Shown here: positions 52,701-61,600 of the stretch, piece by piece | How positions within the stretch are numbered: the stretch's first letter is position 1 | Layout of the letters: each line of letters begins with the position of its first letter | DNA from: a virus | IMG/VR virus record: IMGVR_UViG_3300043570_002257 | Location: 32,001 to 96,000 of that record | Length of the DNA: 64,000 nucleotides | Direction: 5' to 3' (one strand) | Notes under the pieces: model-generated | Seen by the model: the letters and a program-made list of their open reading frames with translations, nothing else | Told to the model about the DNA's origin: nothing | Databases searched by the model: none | Translations under genes and position numbers: made by a program

Positions 52701-55611
52701 GATTAGTTTCTTTTACACTAGCTCTAAGCTTTTGAATCTCAATTTCAATCTCTTGAAGTCTATCAAAGTCGTGTTCTTCTAGTAACACTTCATTACCTTT
52801 ACCTACTTGATATGTAATTACTTCAATCTCCAAATACATTTCTTGTATTTGATTTCTGATTTCAAGAGGTATGTTTAATTGAAGTTCATAAAACTTTTCA
52901 TTATAAGGAAGATGACAGTTTTCCATCATCCACTTTATATAATCATTTTGTTCTTTATTCTTTTTTGCAATAGCATCTAATAAAGATTGTTTGTTTACTG
53001 CTTCTTCTGGAGTTTTAACACTTGTGTTATATACAGTTTTAGCAGTTTCAATATCTTTATTTAACTGTTTTATGTTTGCACTAAACTGTTTATATGTGTT
53101 TTCATAATCTTCACTAAATGGTCTAAGCATAAATAACTCACTTATCTCTTCTACTTCACCATTTTCTTTTGTTATAGTTGACCTTTTACGTTCAGATAAT
53201 TTTGCATTTATATCTTCAACAGACATTCTTTGCAAAAGCTTATCACGTTTTTGGTCAAACTTTAATGCAGCTAAATCATTTTGTAAGTTTAATCTTGCAA
53301 TTCCTTCAGCATTTTTAAGCATCATTGTAAATGCTGATATTTCAATTCCACTATTTGATGCTGAAGCAATAAACTTGTCCAACATTAAATTTTGCATCCA
53401 ACTGTTTGTGTTAAAAGCATTTGGTGAACCTAAATATAAATCACTAGTTGAGTCAGTAATACCATTAATGTATCTTTCTAATGATTCACGATCACCACTA
53501 AGTCCTCCATCTATAATGCTTTGTTTTGTAAGTATCTGTCTTTCAAGCTTTTCAAGTTCATGCATAAGTTCAGGACTTCCAGGTCCCATTCTTTCTGCAA
53601 GTTTTTGTTTATAATCCTTGCTCATAAAGCTTAATAAAGAAGATTTAATAGTTTGACCTATACCTAATGCTTTACCATTCTTCAAAGCATCATACTCTTT
53701 TTGTAAAATTAAAAGTTGTGCTTGAGTCGCTTCTTTTAAATCTTTGTTTACTTCTTCAAATACTTTATCTCCAATTGATTGTAATACTTTTACAGAATTA
53801 AACATTGCTGCTTTACCAAAGTTAGATTGGATTCTTTCTTTATCAGCTTCAATACCAGATATAACTTTCATGATATTGCTATCAACTGTTATGTTATTTT
53901 CAGGATTGCTTCTTGCTTCATCAGTAATTTCTTTTATAATATCAAGTACAACTGATAAAGACTTTGATTTTTTATATGCTTCAGATATCTGAGTTCCTTC
54001 TTTTGTTGTTAATGAGTTTCTATCTAATTTAAAATTTGCAATTGACTCATCTGACAACGCTGCTAACTTTTGAAAGTCTGCTGCTGTTGCTTCAATAGCA
54101 AGGGCTAAATTCTTAGAAAATCTCAAGTTCTCAGAAGATACATTTTGAATTGTATTTAAGATTGCTCTAAAATCTTGTAAACTTTTTGTTCTAGCTTCAA
54201 GCATTTCTTGCAATCTTGGATTCTGTTTTTCTTCAGGTGCATTTTTTAATTCCTGAATTCTTTTATAAGTTTCATTAATTTCATTTTCAATAGCATTCTT
54301 CAATACTTTCTTTAATGCTTCATCATCTTCTTTTCTAGGTTCAAACTCAAGAGTCTTTGCCTTTTTTGCAATCTTTTCTTCTTCTTCATTTTCTGTGGTT
54401 GGTATTTCATTATCAACTACAGATCTTAATTGTTTTAGATTAGCAGCATTCATTGTATCAATGTTCTGCCATTTAGCATCATCTCCTGGTACAGGAACTA
54501 CAGCAGCATAACTGTAGTAGTTTTCTTCTTCAAATACATGAATTGTAGAACCTAAGTATTTCTTGTTGTCATCTGTTTGATACATCAAAGCAACAATTGA
54601 TTTGTCTTTTACATCAATGTCAGACTGCATAAGAATATTTTCATAAACTTTAAGTTGTAAAGTCCATGTATCATATGCTGTTCTACTTTGTTTACCAAAT
54701 GATGGAGATGTACCTTCTTTGTTTGATATTGCAAATGACTTATGTGCTAAGTCAAGAAAAGCTAAATCTGGATTTGCTTGTGGTACTCCACCTGGAGGTG
54801 TTTCCATTAAACTCTTAACCTTTTTTGTTTTAAAGTCAAATATGTTTACACGTCCTTGACTATCAATTAATAACAAATCTAAACGTCCAAGTATCTTAGA
54901 ACCTGTACGTGTAGTACCCATTACTGTAATCTCAGGTAATATTTTAAATCCTCTATCATTATATACAGAAATGTTCATGGCTAATTGTTTTGCCATTTCA
55001 AACATGTCTTTCTCATTTAGATTTTCTATAAAGAAAGGATTCTTCTTAGTATAGTTGTCATAAGTTTCTTTAAAGAAATCCTCATCTAGAATATTATGAA
55101 TAGCACTATCTAGTTCTAAAGACTTTAACTGTGCAACCTCTAATACCTCATGCATAAATGTTCCAAACAACTTAAATGCCTCATACTCATGAGGATCTAT
55201 TTCAGCACCTGTAAAATCTGCAGAACCAATAAAGTTAGAAACACTGATAGTCTTAATAATAGGCATACCAGATTTTGCTAACTCAATATTCTTTCTAAGA
55301 AACTCTTGGTATGAATCATTCATTCCAATTAGTTTATCATAGGTAACTCTTTGTTTTGGATTAGCATCTAGTTTTTGCTTTTCCAAAGATGTTCTTTGCT
55401 GTATAGCTCTCTGTAATTTGAACTCATCAGAAGATCTAGATACCTGCTCATCTTTTTCTTGAATCTTAAGCTTACTTAATATAGCTTCAGCTTGTTCAAT
55501 TGAGGGCGTATTGTTACCATTTAATGTATAAGCTGTCATAGCCTGACCTTCACCTAGTTTTGCAACCAGTTCTTTCCACTCAGGACTATTTGGATTTGGA
55601 CATGTATTCAT
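49702..55611 (-). CDS. Large virion cargo/ejection protein with PD-(D/E)XK nuclease-like domain
   Basis: FGTFMHE...GRLDLLLID...IFDFKT...QLKVY; long helical body; C-terminal TM MIAMIILAVLG. Confidence 0.75.
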   Translation of the reverse strand: MNTCPNPNSPEWKELVAKLGEGQAMTAYTLNGNNTPSIEQAEAILSKLKIQEKDEQVSRSSDEFKLQRAIQQRTSLEKQKLDANPKQRVTYDKLIGMNDSYQEFLRKNIELAKSGMPIIKTISVSNFIGSADFTGAEIDPHEYEAFKLFGTFMHEVLEVAQLKSLELDSAIHNILDEDFFKETYDNYTKKNPFFIENLNEKDMFEMAKQLAMNISVYNDRGFKILPEITVMGTTRTGSKILGRLDLLLIDSQGRVNIFDFKTKKVKSLMETPPGGVPQANPDLAFLDLAHKSFAISNKEGTSPSFGKQSRTAYDTWTLQLKVYENILMQSDIDVKDKSIVALMYQTDDNKKYLGSTIHVFEEENYYSYAAVVPVPGDDAKWQNIDTMNAANLKQLRSVVDNEIPTTENEEEEKIAKKAKTLEFEPRKEDDEALKKVLKNAIENEINETYKRIQELKNAPEEKQNPRLQEMLEARTKSLQDFRAILNTIQNVSSENLRFSKNLALAIEATAADFQKLAALSDESIANFKLDRNSLTTKEGTQISEAYKKSKSLSVVLDIIKEITDEARSNPENNITVDSNIMKVISGIEADKERIQSNFGKAAMFNSVKVLQSIGDKVFEEVNKDLKEATQAQLLILQKEYDALKNGKALGIGQTIKSSLLSFMSKDYKQKLAERMGPGSPELMHELEKLERQILTKQSIIDGGLSGDRESLERYINGITDSTSDLYLGSPNAFNTNSWMQNLMLDKFIASASNSGIEISAFTMMLKNAEGIARLNLQNDLAALKFDQKRDKLLQRMSVEDINAKLSERKRSTITKENGEVEEISELFMLRPFSEDYENTYKQFSANIKQLNKDIETAKTVYNTSVKTPEEAVNKQSLLDAIAKKNKEQNDYIKWMMENCHLPYNEKFYELQLNIPLEIRNQIQEMYLEIEVITYQVGKGNEVLLEEHDFDRLQEIEIEIQKLRASVKETNPKYAELMAEFNNLFEFDVNQSYYDRMEFNARTKYETEFPEEWEKWKKRNTVTRPKSEWYEELAALYEARAELFGSDPEITDLMQQRRNILNPYKIGGRIKPQYLSQIEIDELSLLDAKIEDIITSKSKTAGRLSPEEKKRSSDITQSIKRIVALKLSDSYNDAFEVKVKSLYAHKNSIIEAENKLAVARTSGDKKAVEEAEEALIFEERQFGQQEVDFEKWYNMHHDNKYDSILTGYDIRNNRQPKNYNYEKMPAPAVEQEYMETVPHPKYKIKRLKETSKNPDFLKSPDGMPMPKAIQKNSDGHYVVDPAYQNSANVNPKYNELMKDEELFSFYNDTMKMFFNLQARIEGVKIGYMVPGYSASTIENLKGKGLKQAVSDEFEKFVDRNVRRVGAVDSVENIFGSHGSKIRHRFTTQLPENIQTQDAIGAVIKYATEAHYNIAMQEVAPQADMYIEHLELLAEQLQKKIAQDKPMIVKDEASGKDIEIDMRKRLAQLNNVIEILQFERKKFLYGQAETKEQISRALAKRMNAVFAYTSLIRIGFDVVNQTKNYVSGNVQAFIAAGGMDSDKYGRDDYMWAKKKVYGYNGFLHQYFGDWGRVSDVNKDTMLYRFFNPAQKDFIKYVSEVTGSKGRRIAGKLTNVQELGFMMQDKGDTEIAVTVMYAIMNHHKFKVIEKHDAEGNPVYQKDEQGNDVYVPVHEIYIKDKDGMLIRRKDVEYTQQDENRIKNTIYSEMRRAQGNYAKADQTKVEENIAGKMLFFFRKYLVPQLLNRFGYLRANWEGSEAAMGYWRALMLANKSFGSKEVAKHLLLGSTAMSKNTENKMGQFLTKKVGQARRDMIAMIILAVLGRMALMYVRKKDDEDEELGMLEGNAIRLLWGVKGETLAMWPVGAGGDEYIKNFTTATTYLRELQTVKKFASHALNYGVAMTINGGEEPDPAYDSEFYQEVWKDAFYGRKYGAYEKGDAKVGKDIIDLTGIKNIRNTINPNYIIDQMKGKQ

Positions 55612-55612
55612 A

Positions 55613-58600
55613 TTATAAGCACTTAATTTTTTCTAAAATTTGTTCATTTGACATTACTGCTCTTAGATTAACAATTACACCTTGCGCAGCAGTTTTGAAT
55701 TCTTCAATTGACATGCGTTTACTGCTTTCATTATAAAGAGCATTTACAACACTATCTGTAAGTTCTAAATTCTCCATATCTATTTCTAACTGAGATTTAG
55801 ATACAGTTTGTTTTACTGTAGATTCTGGTAGCATTGCTACTGTTTCTTCAGACTTTTTAATTTCTGGTGCAATATACTCTAATTTTTTCTTACCTGAAAC
55901 ATAATCCATATAAGTTTTAGCTGCCTCTTTTGTAAAGCCAATTGAACTTAAACTGCCTGTTGTCAACTGATCTGGGATCAATGTATATTTTGCAGTATAC
56001 CCTTGGTTTACATATTCACCTTTACCAACTATAGAGTTAATAACGCTTTTGCCAAAACTGTTATTTTCAATTTCACTGTCAACACCGTTTAACAAATACT
56101 TTTTAAAACCAACAGAGATTATTAATGGGAAATTGTATTTGTTTGTAAACTTATCAAATGTGATAGATACCTTTTTACCAATCTCATCCATTGTTTCTTT
56201 TGTTGCTTCCTTTATGTCTTTTGGAACATCCATGTTAAATATAATTTCTTCAACAGGTTTTTGATTTTCCTCAGATAATAATCTAAAAGTTTTAGCATTT
56301 TTAAGTTCTTGACCTGAGAATCTATTCAACACATTGTTTAAGATATTTCTTCTTGACGTTTCACTTTGTTCAGCATCAAAATTAAATGACTTCATTATGT
56401 TAGACATAAGACTTGAAGAAAACCCTGTTGCAATTTTAATATTTGAATTACCAACTTCTTTTGTTGCAGCATAAGCCATCTGTAAAAACAATTGATCAAA
56501 GAACTCATAAACATCTTTGTCAGTAGCTTCTTTACCAATAAGATCTTTTATAACGTCAATAAGTTTATTTTTATCTCCTTTTGTTTCTTCAAGTTTAGAA
56601 ATAAAACTATCAATGTAGTTTGATAAAGGAATCATCATTCCTGGATCTAAATATTGTAAGAAAGAACCAGCTTTATATTGAAGACCTGTCTTTGCTAATT
56701 CATGATAAAATAGTTTTTTAGTAAACATGTTTTCATTTCTCAATAAGAAACTAGCATCATCAGAAATTTCATCAGATAAGTTTCCAGAGATTTTAGACTT
56801 GTTTATCATCTTAATACTTCTTTCATTAACATATCCACCTGATGTTAAGAACGCTTTGTTTTCAGAAATATCTGGTCTTAAAAGTTGCAAGAACTTATTA
56901 TTAGAATACTTCTTTTGAAATTCTTCTAATTGTTCAGGAAGTGTATTTGTAAACCAGTACTCAGGTGTAAACGTATCAACTAAATTCTTATCATCTTGTT
57001 CAATAAGAGCATCCATGCTTGTTCCTGTTTTTCTACTACCAGGCATGTTTTTCTGATATTGTTTTAATGCAACATAACTTGTAATAACTTTTGCAATGTT
57101 TGCTTTATCAACAAATACAGAATCAAATGCTTTCTTAATTGGAGCAAAGAACTGAGTTCTTTCTAAAAATAACTTTGAAGCTTGTTCATTTAAATCTTCT
57201 AGTGCTTCAAATAATTCTGGCCAAACTTGATTTTCATCAAATATTTTTTCTACAGATTCTGGTGTAAAAATACTTTCTTCACCACGTAGTGTTTTTATAT
57301 TTTCAAAAAGTCTATCAAAGTTTGTAAAAGATGGATTTAGTTTTTTAAACAAATCAATCATTGAACCTGCTTTTCTTATACTATAAGTTTGGTTAGCTTG
57401 ATCCTTATACAATTGTAATAAGATAATCTTTTGTTCAGCATCAGTAAATTGTATTCTATTTGTTGTCTCTTCTAGATCAGTTGCTTTATCTGTAATATCA
57501 ATCATAGCTGATACTTCAAAACCAATTTCATCAGCACGTAATGTGTTCTCTAAAATAGATTTTGTATTCAACTTACCAGCTTTAAAATCTACTACTAACT
57601 TTTCTTTGTTAAGAATGATCTTATAAGGATTTGAAGATGGATCAATTAAACCAGCTTTAATTAAGTTTGATAATGCATCTTTGTTTGATGTAGCTATATC
57701 TTTAATTTGATTACCAATCTCTTTACCAAGATATGTGTAACTTGTTGATAATGATTCTGTTATTGCATATTTACCTGCTTGTACTTCTTGTACAGCTTTT
57801 CTAATTTCTGGTATGAAGTTAAATGCAATTGCAAATTCAGGAGATAAACCTACACCTATCATTGCTAGAGTAATTCCAGTATTTACTTCATTCATCTGCA
57901 ATACAGCAGGAATTGGTTTTTTTGCACCATCTGCAAACATACCAAGTATGTTACCAACCACAGCAATTACACGTTCATTATCAGCATTTATTGTACCAAA
58001 TTTGTTTAAATAAACTTGCTCAAGATCTGCATTTTTAAAAGACCATATAACATTCTCAGACTTAAGTCCAAGTCCATATTGAGAAGCAAGAGCTACAAAT
58101 TTGTTTGTATTAGCTGCAATACCAATACCATCTTTAAACATTGATGTATCAACCTTTGATGCAATAACAGCATCTGGTGTATACATATTATACATTGTAG
58201 AATACTCATCTAAGTTAAGACCAAAATTATCAACAATTTGCTCAAATCTTTCTATTGAAGAACGTTCATTAACATAAAGATATTTATATACAACTTCATT
58301 AGACATGATGTCTAGTTTAGATTGCAAGTTTAAATTTTGAAATATTGGACGTACAGACAATGCATAGTTAGGATTTGCTTCAAATGCTTGTGCGCTTGCT
58401 GGCAATCCCATTTTACTAAACACATTTAGTATTGCAGTAGCTTTTAAGCCACCATCTATAAAACGATTTGCTCTACTTACTTGTCTGCCATACTCATTTT
58501 TTTGACCACGTTTTTCTACTAACTCTTCATTATATTCACCAACTTCTTTTCCTAGTGCACGTCTATCATCTAATGCACTTCTATCTGAAGGATTGATTTC

Positions 58601-61600
58601 ATTTCTTTTAATTGCATCAACAAATTCTTCTCTTGCTTCATCTCTTATGTCCATTAATTCTTTAATGTCACTTTTGTTGCTTTCATAAGATTCTTTAAGC
58701 TCAGAAAAATTCATTGCACCATTAAAATCAGACTCATCAAATCCAGAATGATAAAGAACATCTAAAACATTCTCACTAACATCATAAGAAGTTTCATTTA
58801 ATAACTTTTTGATTTCCTTTTTAATCAAAGGTCTCATGTCTTGATCCTTACTCATGTACTGAACAAATTCAGCAAACTTGTTTAGATTAGTATTTTGACC
58901 ACCTTCATATTCACCATATAATTTTGGATTACCTGATAAATCAAAATAGTGTGCAAATGTTTGGCTATATAAAGCATCAACGTCAAAGTCAGAACCTGCA
59001 AGTAAATGTACAAGATGAGGAAGTATAATACCATTTAAGTTTGAACTATCCATAAAGTCCACTACTTTAATAGCAACCATTGAACGTTTATCTTCTGTAG
59101 GAATACGCACACCAAACATCTTTAAAAGATTTTTCATATAGAATGCTTCATGCTCTTTACTTTTAAATAAAGGTTTAGGCATAATTGCTTCTATAAAATA
59201 AGTCTTAACTCCTGTCTTTTTGTCTATCTCTATACTAACTCCTAAAGGTCTTTCTTTTAATAAACCATATCCTTCAGGATTATTTTTATAATTTTCAGTA
59301 GAAACAACTTCATTATTTTCATCTGCAAGAACATTCATTCCCCAAGATGAAATATGTATACTTTTAGTTCCAGAACCTTTTTCATCTGTAACATGTTTAG
59401 AATACTGTGAAAAGAAATAGTACTCTAGCATATTACGTATACCTGGCAAGTTTGCACTATGAACAGGTTTACCAGAAGCATCAAGATCAAATAGTTTTAA
59501 TGTTGCTGTATTAGCACCTTGTTCTTCTAAACTTGCACTTATAAGTTCAAAGATTTTACCAACTTGGAAATCTCCATCTTTACGTAATATTGTTTTTAAT
59601 GTTGCAAGATTAGATTGACCAATTTTTTTAAGACTTGATTGATACTCTACAAGTGTTTCTGTAATCTTATTTAAAGCCTTCTCTTCGCTTGCAGACATCT
59701 TAATGCCCTTAGCTTTGATTAATTCATTTAAGTTGATTACATCAGCTGCTATGAGCATTTTACTTTGTACAGAAAACTTAGCTTTATCTTTAACACCAGA
59801 GGTTTCTACTTGTAAAAACTTGTACTTGTTATCTATATCCATAGATGATAAAGCAAGATTCAAATAACCATCAGTCTCATTGATCTTTTCAGCTGCAGAA
59901 AAATAGTCTAAAGGTAATCGTGTAGCATTTTTAGATGCTGTTGTATCCATTAATTGATCAATCTGATGATACTCCATAGAATTCAAAAGATCATGTAACA
60001 CCTTACGATGTGGTAATGGTCTAAAGTATTCATGAATATCTTCAACAGTTTTCTTTATAACAGTATCTAGAGATTCAATTTGATTGATTTCTTTTGCCTT
60101 TACCAACTCTTGTCTTTCAGCACGCAATGAATACAAGTTCATGTATAAACCATGTAAAGTATCTTGAGCTTGTGTCAAAGATTGATTACTTTTAGGAACA
60201 ATTATACTTACATCAAGTCTATCAATAAGATTTTCTGATTGTTTATGATAACTATTTCTTGAAGCTGTAATTGTTTTCTTAGGATTGTTTACAACCTTAC
60301 CTGCTTCCATCATGCGTATTTCTGTTTCAGAAAGCGTGCGATAATGTTTAGCTATAAGAGAATATAAAATATCAGAACTTAGTCTACCCATTGAATCATG
60401 CATATCAATTTGATGCATTAAAGTAGTAATACTCTGACCATCAAATATATCACGCATGGTTTTTTTAGATCCAAACTCTGATAACAATTGTTCTTTTATT
60501 TCAGATGATTTTATTGTAGTGTCATTTATAATAGCTTGTTTAGAATAATATGGTCCATATTCTGGATGATTATCACTTATAAATCCTTTGATAGTATTTA
60601 AATATGCTACTCTATGATATCCTTCTTTCATTGTGCTACCTGCAGCAAGTAACTTTTTGTTACGCTTAAAGTAGTCAGTTGAATCTTTGATATTCATTGC
60701 AATATCACCATCAATTATTTCATTAAAATATAAAGCATTCATCCAGTTGTTAAAAAAGAAATCAGTAGCTAATCCTTCTAGATTTGCATTTTGAATTTTA
60801 TCTTTTGAAGCACTGTATGTTTCTTCAGTAGGTTGATAAGCATTGCTTAGTAATGTTTCAGGTACATTGTTTACAACAATTTTTGTAGGTATAAATGCTG
60901 AATCATAGTATGTGATAGGTGCTTTAGGTTCTCCTGTTCTAGCATCTATCTCTAGTTTACCAGATGAATAATGTCTAACAATGGTTTTTTTAGTAAGAAC
61001 TTTTAAATCAACTAAATTTTTAAGATGCTTGTCTAATTGCGTTTGAGCATAGTTATTTAAAGAATTTAACAATGCTTCTTTTATAGCAGGGTCAAGTTCA
61101 TTATATGTAACACCTTGCTTTGCAAAATCAGCTAATCCATTTTTATCAACGTTAGATTCTATTTCAGGATTTTCTGTAAAGAAGTCTGCAAGTTTATTAA
61201 ACTTATAAGCTCTTAAGTCTTTTAATTCAGTATTAACTTTAGATTTATCTTCATTATCCAGAACACCATTATAGTTATTAAGAATTGGTGCTTGTTTACC
61301 TGAATCAAAATCTTTTTTATTTTGTTCAGATCTAGCCCATTCTTTTGCAATACGTTTGTATTCTTGTTTTATAACATCTTCAAATGTATCTACAATCTTA
61401 AGTCTTTTGTCAGAGTTTAATACTTTACCTTTTGCATTTGCAAATGGTTTGTATAATCCAGTAACTAAATAGTTAGTTTGTGATGCTTCTAATTGGGAGA
61501 ATGAACGTTGGTATGTTTGTATATTTGTAACAACATCTGAAACATTACCTTCAGAATCTGCTTCCTTTTTAAAACTAGAATGTGTAGTTCTTTTTATAAA

